Of a stretch of DNA of 56,674 bases, positions 16,998 to 26,093 are shown in pieces. Positions within the stretch are counted from its first letter, which is position 1, and the number at the start of each line of letters is the position of its first letter. Below the pieces are notes generated by a model. It did no database searches. It worked only from the letters and a program-made list of their open reading frames with translations, and had not been told where the DNA came from. Made by a program: the position numbers and the translations under genes. This DNA comes from a virus (lineage: Duplodnaviria; Caudoviricetes): positions 1 to 56,674 of IMG/VR virus record IMGVR_UViG_3300034021_000712; one strand, written 5' to 3'.

Positions 16998-17599
16998 TCG
17001 ATAACTCCATTGTTTAATGTTTTCATTTCTTCATGTATTTCAGGGTGAGCTAAACTAAAGTGAGCACCAAGCATTGGTCTCCCATCATACTTATAATGAG
17101 AAAATTCACCCTCAGAATCAACATATTGTAAAAATCCCATAACCTGCTCTTTACCTGGGAAAGGGGGTCTCCAATGTAGATACTTTGATCCCTGAAAAAT
17201 TACAATATCTCCAACATCTAGACTAATTGATTCTACACCACTATCATATTGAATGTAAAGATCCCACTCAACTGGATCTTTAGTTATACAACAGCTAACA
17301 GAATATTCTGAAGATCTTCTATCTTTATGCCTCTTCAATTCACATCCATTCATGTATATTCTGGCATAAGAATAAGAAGGATAAAGCTTTCTACCAACTG
17401 CAGATGAGATTGTAGGCGTTAGGTTATCCATTAGCGCCTCAAAGCATATAGGAGAATACATAGCAAATGCTCCTGGAACAGTGGGATCAGAATCTGGTCC
17501 TCCAGAAGCAATAACATTTGCTCGTATTAGTTTGTATTCTGTTGCTATATGATCGCAAACTTCTTTGGAGATTGCATTTCTAATTATGATATGTTCCAT
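16994..17599 (-). CDS. 2OG-Fe(II) oxygenase-like protein
   Basis: YARIY..G..LKRHKDR, GDIVIFQG...HWR...FLQY. Confidence 0.82.
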   Translation of the reverse strand: MEHIIIRNAISKEVCDHIATEYKLIRANVIASGGPDSDPTVPGAFAMYSPICFEALMDNLTPTISSAVGRKLYPSYSYARIYMNGCELKRHKDRRSSEYSVSCCITKDPVEWDLYIQYDSGVESISLDVGDIVIFQGSKYLHWRPPFPGKEQVMGFLQYVDSEGEFSHYKYDGRPMLGAHFSLAHPEIHEEMKTLNNGVIE

Positions 17600-18231
17600 T
17601 AAATATTACCAACTCTACCAAAAAATACTAGTGTCAACCTTGAATCTTCGTTAGTTGTTCCAAAAAAGTCTGCAGCACTATGGAATTGTCTAGCATCAAA
17701 TAAAAGCATTCTATTAAATCTATTTTCAACCTTTAAATTAGGAGTGAAGTGTGAATTACATTCATTCCTATACTTTTCATATTGAACAACAATCTCATCA
17801 GATTCTGCATTTGCAGCAGTAACAAATTCATTTACATAATCTACATCTTTTCTATCTTTTAGCCGATCATAGAGCCAAGTTCCACTATTTTGTGGTGGCT
17901 CGGGATTTAAGTATACCATACCAGCAACATCTAAATCATCAGAGTCTTGATGAACCCAGCCACCAATATCTCTCTCCTTGCAGATATGAAAGGAGCAATC
18001 AAAGTATTCAAAGAAGTTATAGTTTGGTATATGGGGGATTAGTTTTCTGCAAACCAGATGATGAAAATCAACATGGTTTATATTTAAAATTTCAGATCTT
18101 AATCCAGACCAATTTCCACGATTACCTTTATAAAACTCAAAAGTAAGTGCCCAAGAACGAATAGCTTCTGGAGTTTCGAAAAAGTTATCAACAATAACAG
18201 TTGGAAATGGTGGTTTAACGATGCGTGTCAT
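17599..18231 (-). CDS. 2OG-Fe(II) oxygenase-like protein (DUF6445-like)
   Basis: IVDNFF..P, WVHQD, AGMVYLNP...SGT, NRFNRMLLFD...HSA...RLTLVFF. Confidence 0.82.
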   Translation of the reverse strand: MTRIVKPPFPTVIVDNFFETPEAIRSWALTFEFYKGNRGNWSGLRSEILNINHVDFHHLVCRKLIPHIPNYNFFEYFDCSFHICKERDIGGWVHQDSDDLDVAGMVYLNPEPPQNSGTWLYDRLKDRKDVDYVNEFVTAANAESDEIVVQYEKYRNECNSHFTPNLKVENRFNRMLLFDARQFHSAADFFGTTNEDSRLTLVFFGRVGNI

Positions 18232-18953
18232 TTCTTATATAAAAATGCAAATGGGCATTTAGATTCTTGCTTCTTAAACATCAAATTCTTTGATAGCTTA
18301 GGAATTACATCCTTTAAAGCAATTCTCCTTTGAGTGTCTTCCACAAGAAGATCATCAGGTCTTGCTTTAACTAGAGTGAATTGGCAATTCAAATCACCCT
18401 CTTTAAAAAATCTAACTTTATATAGTGGATCTCCTCTCTTAATGACAATTGGTTTAGTGTCATCTAAAATATCAATAGCAAAAGAAAGTGGTCTAGTCCA
18501 GCTGCTAAGATTCCACCACCCACCAATAGTTACGAAATTACATAATGCATTGTTGGGATGTGGTGATTGATCTAACCAAACATTCTTCTCTTTTGTCCAG
18601 AAAAGAAACATAGGAATAGGAAGCTGATATGTCTCCAAATTGGATCTATTTTGCCCCTGAATATACTTATGAAACTGATCTTCTCTCAGTGAAGAGTTTA
18701 CAAACCTATTAACCCGATCAATCTCAAGACGGATATCTCTAGCAGCATATACAATAAATTCTCTGCTTGCCTTATGTTGGAAAGCAGGACATTCATAATA
18801 TGTCTTTGTATTTGGAATTTCTTGAATTTGCCTTTTAGGTTCAATACCGACACCATCTAAAGGAAGAGGTGAGTTTTTCATATCAGGAATATATCCATCA
18901 CCCTCAAATTGTTGATAATAGATCTTAATTTTCTTCATAATACTTTGGAACAA
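18228..18953 (-). CDS. Hypothetical protein (dUTPase-like/DUF6065-like fold suspected)
   Basis: CPAF near N-terminus, W.RP, IKRGDPL, C-terminal SKCPF. Confidence 0.6.
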   Translation of the reverse strand: MFQSIMKKIKIYYQQFEGDGYIPDMKNSPLPLDGVGIEPKRQIQEIPNTKTYYECPAFQHKASREFIVYAARDIRLEIDRVNRFVNSSLREDQFHKYIQGQNRSNLETYQLPIPMFLFWTKEKNVWLDQSPHPNNALCNFVTIGGWWNLSSWTRPLSFAIDILDDTKPIVIKRGDPLYKVRFFKEGDLNCQFTLVKARPDDLLVEDTQRRIALKDVIPKLSKNLMFKKQESKCPFAFLYKK

Positions 18954-19503
18954 AGTTTGCGTTTATAACTACTCTTTTTTGATGTTGTTGTGGGCAACTA
19001 CTAGAATGGTATATGCCTCCACCAAATAATATAATTCTCCCCTTCTTTGGAGAACATCTGTCTACAGGTATCCTGTTGCCATCAGAATTATAGTCAAAAA
19101 AGATTGTATCCCCGTCACTATCATTAACGTAATACAGAAGTGTTTTATGTGGGATATTGTAATCTATATGAGCTTTATTATATGTTGTTTTTCCTGTTTT
19201 GACAAGCAATCCACACTTAATTCTCAATAAATTATCCAAAGGCTCTTCAAATTTCTCTGAAGCTTCATAAAATAATGGCATAAGATAATCTAAAAATTCA
19301 CCTTCAATGCCAACTTGTCGATCATATTGAACATTGGCAAATCCTGGAGTGGGCTCGCCTTCATGTTCATCAATATGTTCTTTAGTGAAGTAAGAAACTT
19401 CTTCAAGATATCTCCAAGAAAATCTAAGACCCAATAGAACATGTTCTATTTCATCTTGATATCTTTTTGATACTACATTATCAATACATTTAAAATACTT
19501 CAT
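18925..19503 (-). CDS. 2OG-Fe(II) oxygenase
   Basis: AHID, LLYYVNDSDGDT, PKKGRIILF...HSS...RVVINAN. Confidence 0.85.
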   Translation of the reverse strand: MKYFKCIDNVVSKRYQDEIEHVLLGLRFSWRYLEEVSYFTKEHIDEHEGEPTPGFANVQYDRQVGIEGEFLDYLMPLFYEASEKFEEPLDNLLRIKCGLLVKTGKTTYNKAHIDYNIPHKTLLYYVNDSDGDTIFFDYNSDGNRIPVDRCSPKKGRIILFGGGIYHSSSCPQQHQKRVVINANFVPKYYEEN

Positions 19504-20150
19504 GCTCCAAAATTTATCGTTAAAACAACTCGATCATCATCAGAATTACTAACTTGTGTTCTATGCTTTATCCACCCAGGAAAAAATAAAACATCATTGG
19601 TCTTAACTTTAACTTCTTTCCAAAGATACTCTAATGGTTCATAGGGTAAACCAAATTTATGATACTCCAAAGGATCCCTAAATTCAATATTTCCAGAGTT
19701 TGGTGGGCATTGTAAGTAACATGTGGCAATCAAAGGAGTATGGTTATGATTGTGCTCTAGAGTAGCTCCTGTTCTCTTATGTAAATTATTCCAAGAAGAT
19801 GTAATAATAGGCGATCCCCTATATTTCAAATGATTCCACACAAACATTGCTCTATTCATCAACCAAGGCATAAAAAATTGAGTTTCTTGCCAGGTATGTG
19901 GTTGATATGATATGTGTAAATTATCTCTATTTTGTGCCGTAGAAAATGCTGCTCCTGTTTCTAATGCACTACCAGTATATTCAGGGTTCTGCGTTGCATT
20001 CATCGATAGCCCAATAGCATTCTGCAACCTAGACATAGGATAGTTAAATCCATCCTCGTAATGAAACAGCCAAATATATGATTCCCAAAGATCAATGGAG
20101 ACTGACCCAGAAGGTCTCTCCATTGATGAATCTTCCCATTGATATATCAT
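19500..20150 (-). CDS. Putative 2OG-Fe(II) oxygenase (TIGR02466-like)
   Basis: SW.N...EHNH...YLQCP..SGNIEF.DP...FFPGWIKH...RVVLTIN. Confidence 0.83.
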   Translation of the reverse strand: MIYQWEDSSMERPSGSVSIDLWESYIWLFHYEDGFNYPMSRLQNAIGLSMNATQNPEYTGSALETGAAFSTAQNRDNLHISYQPHTWQETQFFMPWLMNRAMFVWNHLKYRGSPIITSSWNNLHKRTGATLEHNHNHTPLIATCYLQCPPNSGNIEFRDPLEYHKFGLPYEPLEYLWKEVKVKTNDVLFFPGWIKHRTQVSNSDDDRVVLTINFGA

Positions 20151-20440
20151 TCCTCTTCTTCTTCTGGAATAGTAAGAACAAAGTTACCATCAGCATCGGT
20201 ATCTACATCCTCATTGAGAACGTCTCTCTTATAAATCATGAGACCTTCTACAGCTCCCATAAGTTTTGTTCTCTTTTCGATCAGATCATTTCTCTTGCCG
20301 AAATCAATTTTAGTGATTCCATATGGATTGATCTTAACATCATTCATTTCAGTTTCAAGCTTTTCAATTTCCTCGCTTGCCTCTTTAATCTGTGCAGCGA
20401 AATTAAGAATCAGTTCGTCTAAAGTCATAGTGTTCTCCAT
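20147..20440 (-). CDS. Small coiled-coil hypothetical protein
   Basis: 97 aa coupled ORF. Confidence 0.7.
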   Translation of the reverse strand: MENTMTLDELILNFAAQIKEASEEIEKLETEMNDVKINPYGITKIDFGKRNDLIEKRTKLMGAVEGLMIYKRDVLNEDVDTDADGNFVLTIPEEEEE

Positions 20441-21207
20441 TAAAGATTTTTGCCGTTTGCGTATTTTGAAATAACTGTGATGGTTCTTTTCAACCTATCA
20501 GAAAGAGTATCATATCTGGGGATAGAATGTGAAGTAAACCTGAAAGAATGCTCAAGTTGCCATTCTTTTTCTCCAGCGCCATCAATGTATATATCATACC
20601 AATTTTTATCCAAAACTTTTCTAGGAATTGGAATATATTGAGCCAGTGGAGTTCCCCCTTTGATTAAGACTTCATCATTCAATTTGTGCCAGAACAATTG
20701 AACATTACACTGTAGTGCATATCTGGGATCAAATATTCCTGTAGCAGAGGTAAATCGATCTTCATTATTCCAATGAACATGCGTTTGAATTAACACAATA
20801 TCATCAGATGCCCTACATCTCCATGGTGTTTCAATTTTAATCGTTGTTGCTAATGTCTCTCTTGGGCTATCAATAATAGGTAAAGTTTGATCTGGAGGAT
20901 GGTTGCCTACCAAACCAGCTTGAGACATAAATGCCGATCCAGATTCCCACTCAAAGCTAGAACCGTCACCGTTCGTTTTAATTACAATATCTGTAGGGCA
21001 AGTTATAACCCACCCCATTTTAACGTATTGATTAATACCTGGGCAAGTTGCTGCCGATAAAATATTAGTAATCTTAGAAAAGGGGCACTTTGACCCCTCT
21101 CCTTTCCAAGTTCTGGTTAAAGATGATGCTGGGATGATAGGATATAAATCTTCTACTGCTTTTTCAAGAGAATAAAATCTTACCCAGGGCTTTTTTCTTC
21201 TAAACAT
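20440..21207 (-). CDS. Hypothetical protein (DUF6065-like fold suspected)
   Basis: CPGI..Y...GW, KI.TPW, IKGGTPLAQYIP; SKCPF motif. Confidence 0.65.
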   Translation of the reverse strand: MFRRKKPWVRFYSLEKAVEDLYPIIPASSLTRTWKGEGSKCPFSKITNILSAATCPGINQYVKMGWVITCPTDIVIKTNGDGSSFEWESGSAFMSQAGLVGNHPPDQTLPIIDSPRETLATTIKIETPWRCRASDDIVLIQTHVHWNNEDRFTSATGIFDPRYALQCNVQLFWHKLNDEVLIKGGTPLAQYIPIPRKVLDKNWYDIYIDGAGEKEWQLEHSFRFTSHSIPRYDTLSDRLKRTITVISKYANGKNL

Positions 21208-22835
21208 GTATCAACTCCACCATAAATGTTGTCACGCAAGTATTCGTAATGTGATGGAAGAGTCTTAATATAATCTTCCATTCTATTTCTGAAGTTAAGA
21301 TACCCATCACGAATATTCAAGATATCTTCATCAGTCTCAATCTTATCAAATGCTCTCCTCATTCTAGCATGTTCTAGTGTAGAAATAGGGCGAACACCCA
21401 TTCCAGCAAGAATATAATTCATTCCACCCATGCTTTCATTATATGTATTCCTGTCTAAATTACCAGCAATACTAAACCAAACTTCATCAGTTCGACGTAA
21501 TGTGTTGAACATGTCTGGATCATATTCATGCTTAGTAGTAGCCCATCTCCAATATGGAGTATCATTTCTCTGAGAGAATGCATAATGCATAGAGACGAAT
21601 TGATAGAAATTATTGATTTCATCATCAACTGAGAAATTGTAAGATTCAATTTCAGTTCTAGTTACATATCCCTGCCTTCTATTCAGAATCTCTACTAGTC
21701 TAATAATATTTTCATGAGTTGTCAATAGACCAGTAGATTCTAATGGCTCAACAAAGCCATAGGATAATCCGATTCCAACACAATTCTTAACCCAAGCTCT
21801 TCTTCTCTTTCCATGCTTAATAGATACACGGAAAAACTTATCTGGATCTACTCTATCTTCTCCATACTTTTTAACAAGATGATTGTAGAACTCTTCCTTG
21901 GCTTCGGCATCGGTGCAGAATTCATTTGAGTATGCATACCCAGTTCCGATACGATTCCATAGAGGAATTGTCCAGCACCAGCCATTGTTCATCCCCTCAC
22001 AATCCGTGACGTTAATCATTTCACGGTCTTTTTGTTCTACATCATTAGTATATGGAATTCTAGCAGCCCAGGCTCTATTTGTTCTTAGGTTATTCCATTG
22101 AACGAAAGAACTACCAAATTGCTTTTCTAGCAGGAGTGATTTGAATCCTGTGCAATCAATGATCAGATCAGCTTCAATAGTTTGCCCCTGTTCTGTAAAA
22201 ACACCAACAACAACATCAGTCTTTTTGCTTCCACTAGGATCGTCACCTGCATCTTTAACAAGACCAGCAACATCACCATACATATGGATTACCCCGTTTG
22301 GGATAGCAACATTATCTCTCAAATATTCTCCAAACTTTTCAGCATCTAAATGATAGGCAGTATCCCACTCAAAGTTATACTTTGGTAGATATTCTTCATT
22401 TCCGTTTGATTGCTTATTATGCTTAACCAGATAGGTATTTGATGGTGCAAAAAATTCTGCAAATTTAACATCAAAACTTGGATCCAAAAGTTTAATTTCA
22501 TCCAAAGCATTCAACTTTAAAGTTGAAGATGGCATATGAAATCCAGTTTGAAATGGATATTGAAAAGTTCCCGAATCTTTAGTTCTAAAATTAGTAAACT
22601 GAATTGAATTCTTGTATGTAGCATTACAATGTGGCATCCAATCTTCATCTTTTAAGCCCAATAGCTTAAGGAATTTGTTGAAATGCCCAAGTGTAGATTC
22701 ACCCACACCAACTTTTGGAATCACTTTCGATTCAACAAGAGCAATTTGTAACCAAGGGCATAGTTTACTCAGGGCAGCAGCAGTCATCCATCCAGAACTG
22801 CCGCCGCCTACGATTACGACGGATTCGATTTGCAT
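21180..22835 (-). CDS. Flavin-dependent halogenase (tryptophan halogenase/PrnA family)
   Basis: VGGGSSGW FAD-binding motif, GVGEST, catalytic-Lys segment ATYKNSI, DCTGF, WCWTIP, GFVEPLESTG. Confidence 0.93.
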   Translation of the reverse strand: MQIESVVIVGGGSSGWMTAAALSKLCPWLQIALVESKVIPKVGVGESTLGHFNKFLKLLGLKDEDWMPHCNATYKNSIQFTNFRTKDSGTFQYPFQTGFHMPSSTLKLNALDEIKLLDPSFDVKFAEFFAPSNTYLVKHNKQSNGNEEYLPKYNFEWDTAYHLDAEKFGEYLRDNVAIPNGVIHMYGDVAGLVKDAGDDPSGSKKTDVVVGVFTEQGQTIEADLIIDCTGFKSLLLEKQFGSSFVQWNNLRTNRAWAARIPYTNDVEQKDREMINVTDCEGMNNGWCWTIPLWNRIGTGYAYSNEFCTDAEAKEEFYNHLVKKYGEDRVDPDKFFRVSIKHGKRRRAWVKNCVGIGLSYGFVEPLESTGLLTTHENIIRLVEILNRRQGYVTRTEIESYNFSVDDEINNFYQFVSMHYAFSQRNDTPYWRWATTKHEYDPDMFNTLRRTDEVWFSIAGNLDRNTYNESMGGMNYILAGMGVRPISTLEHARMRRAFDKIETDEDILNIRDGYLNFRNRMEDYIKTLPSHYEYLRDNIYGGVDTCLEEKSPG

Positions 22836-22864
22836 AATACCTCTATAAACAATTAATAATTATA

Positions 22865-23365
22865 TCAGAAATTTCCTCTCTCTAGCCAAGGCTTATACTT
22901 CAACCAGCAAGGATGTTCTTGAGATGCCATCTTTGGTTGCTTTTCAACAGAAGGCTCTTCAATTCTTTGCCTCTCCAACATTTGTTCCAGAGTTTCATCT
23001 GGTCTTTGGGGAGAATCAGGCCAACCTGCTTCTGGTTTTCTAACCTCAGCCTTAACTTTATCAATATGTTCAATCCAGTTACTTGTTCCTTCTTTCAGAT
23101 CATGATAAAGCATATCAAGTTGACTACCAAGATCACCATAACGAACTTGTCTCATCAACTTAGGATCGTGGAAAGGAATTTCTCTCTTAACCCAGATTGA
23201 TTCATCTTTCGATGGAGAATACTCTAAAGTCCAATGAATACTAATATCATCAGGAGCATCTAACCAAATAAAAGATGCATCTGGACCTTCATAAATTTCG
23301 TATTCTTCGCCTGGATCACAGATTTCCATTACTGTTCCAGTATGTTCTACAAGTGCTTTTCTCAT
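22865..23365 (-). CDS. Hypothetical protein, probable fibre-assembly chaperone
   Basis: RYGDLGSQLDMLYHD motif typical of small proteins that follow phage fibre genes. Confidence 0.6.
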   Translation of the reverse strand: MRKALVEHTGTVMEICDPGEEYEIYEGPDASFIWLDAPDDISIHWTLEYSPSKDESIWVKREIPFHDPKLMRQVRYGDLGSQLDMLYHDLKEGTSNWIEHIDKVKAEVRKPEAGWPDSPQRPDETLEQMLERQRIEEPSVEKQPKMASQEHPCWLKYKPWLERGNF

Positions 23366-23374
23366 GTTACCTCC

Positions 23375-24184
23375 TTATAAGTAATTAGTTACAATAACAA
23401 CTCCAGATTTTCCATCGGCACCTCTGAAGCTGTGAAAGTGCCCGCCAGATCCACCAGCACCGTATGCAGCATGATCTTGATGGTTATGACTAAAGTTGCC
23501 TCCGTTAGGCCAACCAGCAGCAACGGCACCACCAAAGTGAGATGCACCACCTAATCCGCCGCCGCCCATTCTATGGTCTGTATGACCAAATCCTCCACCA
23601 CCCCATACATTTAGATCACCACCAGAACCATTACGACCTAAGCCACCAGAGTGAGCATTAGTTCTATTTGCACCATGACCACCTCCAGCAGATAGATATC
23701 CACCAAAAGAACTAGAGCCACCATCGTTACCAAAACCAAAATACCATGTTCCAGTTCCTGCACCCCCAACAGTTACGGAAACAGAAGATACAGATTCAAC
23801 ATTAATGACTCTTTCAGCATAGCCACCAGCACCACCAGATTCTGAGTGACCAGATCCACCGCCGCCGCCTGCTTGAACTCTAACATGAATATATCTAACA
23901 CCAGTTGGTCTACTCCAGGTTCCATTACCAGTATAAACATTCATTGAAGTAATGTTACCAGAAGAAACTGCTGACCAGCTCAATGAAGTTCCATTAGTGG
24001 TAAGAAATTTTCCAGATTGACCAGAAACTGAAGGAATAATAGAGTTGGATGATCCACCAATTGTTCCTTCAATAACGATATCAGTTACCGTTAAAGTTCC
24101 AGCAACAGAAATTGTGCCATTGGAAAAAGTAAATCCACTGGATCCTGTTAAGTCTTTAATATTTGATACTTTTAATACTGCCAT
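23375..24184 (-). CDS. Glycine-rich fibre/adhesin-like protein, paralogue 3
   Basis: N-terminal LKVSNIKD, GKFLTTNG..LSW linker, Gly-rich domain with GGAGGY and GVVIV end. Confidence 0.8.
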   Translation of the reverse strand: MAVLKVSNIKDLTGSSGFTFSNGTISVAGTLTVTDIVIEGTIGGSSNSIIPSVSGQSGKFLTTNGTSLSWSAVSSGNITSMNVYTGNGTWSRPTGVRYIHVRVQAGGGGGSGHSESGGAGGYAERVINVESVSSVSVTVGGAGTGTWYFGFGNDGGSSSFGGYLSAGGGHGANRTNAHSGGLGRNGSGGDLNVWGGGGFGHTDHRMGGGGLGGASHFGGAVAAGWPNGGNFSHNHQDHAAYGAGGSGGHFHSFRGADGKSGVVIVTNYL

Positions 24185-24188
24185 GGTT

Positions 24189-24989
24189 TTACTTGTAATG
24201 TGTAACTACAACAACACCTTCTTTTCCATTGGAACCCCTAAAGCTATGGAAGTGACCACCAGATCCACCAGCACCGTATGCAGCATGATCTTGATGGTTG
24301 TGACTATAGTTTCCCCCATTAGGCCAACCAGAAGCTACTGAACCGCCGAAATATGAATTACCTCCAGTTCCTCCACCATATGCAAAGTGACATTGACCAC
24401 CTCCACCCCATACATTTAGATCACCACCAGAACCATTACGACCTAATGCTCCATTATGAGCCCCATTCTCATTTGCACCATGTCCACCTCCAGCAGAACA
24501 ATATCCACCGAAGGAACTAGTTCCACCACCTCCACCAAAGCCAAAATAATACGTTCCGCTTCCCCCACCACCAACTGTTACAGAAACAGATGATACGCTA
24601 GTTACATCAATAATTCTTTCAGAATATCCACCAGCACCACCAGACTCACCATGACCAGATGCACCTCCACCTCCACCTTGAACTCTAACCTGAATATATT
24701 TAATTCCTGTTGGCTTATTCCAGGTTCCACTACCTGTGAATATTTGCATAGAGTTAATATTTTCACTGGAAACAGCAGACCAACTTAAAGAATTACCATT
24801 AGTGGTCAAAAATCTATTCTGATTTCCAGATTGAGATGGAATAATTTGGGTTGAACTACCACTTATTGCACCGTTAACAGTAATATTTTGAACTCTAAGT
24901 GTTCCTGTGCTAGTAACACCACTAGAATTTAGGGAGAATCCCCCAATTCCAGCAATATCTTTAATATTAGCTACTCTTAATGTGCTCAT
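24189..24989 (-). CDS. Glycine-rich fibre/adhesin-like protein, paralogue 2
   Basis: Colinear with its neighbours over the full length. Confidence 0.8.
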   Translation of the reverse strand: MSTLRVANIKDIAGIGGFSLNSSGVTSTGTLRVQNITVNGAISGSSTQIIPSQSGNQNRFLTTNGNSLSWSAVSSENINSMQIFTGSGTWNKPTGIKYIQVRVQGGGGGASGHGESGGAGGYSERIIDVTSVSSVSVTVGGGGSGTYYFGFGGGGGTSSFGGYCSAGGGHGANENGAHNGALGRNGSGGDLNVWGGGGQCHFAYGGGTGGNSYFGGSVASGWPNGGNYSHNHQDHAAYGAGGSGGHFHSFRGSNGKEGVVVVTHYK

Positions 24990-24993
24990 TTTC

Positions 24994-25794
24994 TTACTTG
25001 TAATTTGTAACTACGACTACACCATACTTACCATCAGAACCTCTAAAGCCAGAGAAATGCCCTCCAGATCCACCCGAACCATATGCCGAATGGTCTTGAT
25101 GGTTATGACTAAAGTTGCCACCATTAGGCCATCCAGCAGCTACTGAACCACCAAAGAATGAACCTCCACCAGTTCCTCCACCGTGAGCAGTATGAGACTG
25201 ACCACCTCCACCCCATACATTAATATCACCGCCAGAACCATTACGACCTAAACCACCAGAGTGCCCATTATTTCTAGCAGCACCATGACCACCACCAGCA
25301 GAACAATAACCACCAAAGGAACTAGTTCCTCCGTCGTTTCCAGCATTAAAGTAGTAAGTTCCTCCACCGCCGCCACCAACTGTAATTCCTACAGATGTTA
25401 CAGATTCCACATTGATAATTTTTTCAGCATATCCACCAGCGCCGCCAGATTCACCATGACCAGCGCCGCCGCCGCCGCCACCTTGAACTCTTACATGCAC
25501 ATATTTTACACCAGTTGGTTTATTCCAAGTGGAATTGCCAGTGTAAACATTCATAGAAACAATGTTTTCTGACGATAACGTGCCCCAAGTAAGCTTAGAG
25601 CCATCAGTGCTTAAGTATTTTCCAGATTGACCAGACTGTGGAGGTATAACTTGAGATGATTGCCCAGTGATATTACCGTTAATGACTAAATTACCAACCG
25701 TAATAGTTCCGCCTGCAGAAGCAGAACCACTGTTCATGGAAAATCCACCAGTTCCAGCAAGGTCTTTAATATTTGATACTTTTAGAGTGCTCAT
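24994..25794 (-). CDS. Glycine-rich fibre/adhesin-like protein, paralogue 1
   Basis: Colinear with its neighbours over the full length. Confidence 0.8.
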   Translation of the reverse strand: MSTLKVSNIKDLAGTGGFSMNSGSASAGGTITVGNLVINGNITGQSSQVIPPQSGQSGKYLSTDGSKLTWGTLSSENIVSMNVYTGNSTWNKPTGVKYVHVRVQGGGGGGAGHGESGGAGGYAEKIINVESVTSVGITVGGGGGGTYYFNAGNDGGTSSFGGYCSAGGGHGAARNNGHSGGLGRNGSGGDINVWGGGGQSHTAHGGGTGGGSFFGGSVAAGWPNGGNFSHNHQDHSAYGSGGSGGHFSGFRGSDGKYGVVVVTNYK

Positions 25795-26093
25795 AATTGA
25801 TTTTTATAGTCTAAAAATAAGGAATAAAATTCCCCATCTTTTCCTGGAATTTTGTTATTATTTATATCGTTCCATAGGGAATCAAGTAAATCTAATAAAC
25901 TTATTGGTTTTTTGTCACCAAGATTCTTAAAGATTTTATTTTCTTCTTCTATTATTTCATCAGGATGTGGTCTTTTGGTGTCTTCATCATACCATAGCAT
26001 ATCATGTGGGTTATCGTCAACCATTATAAATTTAGCATTTGGATTACCCGTTAAATTAGTAATAGCCTGAGACCAATAATATCTTCTATTCAT
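25791..26093 (-). CDS. Small XkdW-like/fibre chaperone-like protein
   Basis: WYDEDTKRP and LLDSLWNDI motifs; follows a fibre gene. Confidence 0.55.
   Translation of the reverse strand: MNRRYYWSQAITNLTGNPNAKFIMVDDNPHDMLWYDEDTKRPHPDEIIEEENKIFKNLGDKKPISLLDLLDSLWNDINNNKIPGKDGEFYSLFLDYKNQL

Noticed and set aside
23375-25794. Diversity-generating retroelement template/variable repeats
   Set aside because: No reverse transcriptase in the window, all three copies are full coding genes, and the differences do not appear confined to adenines.
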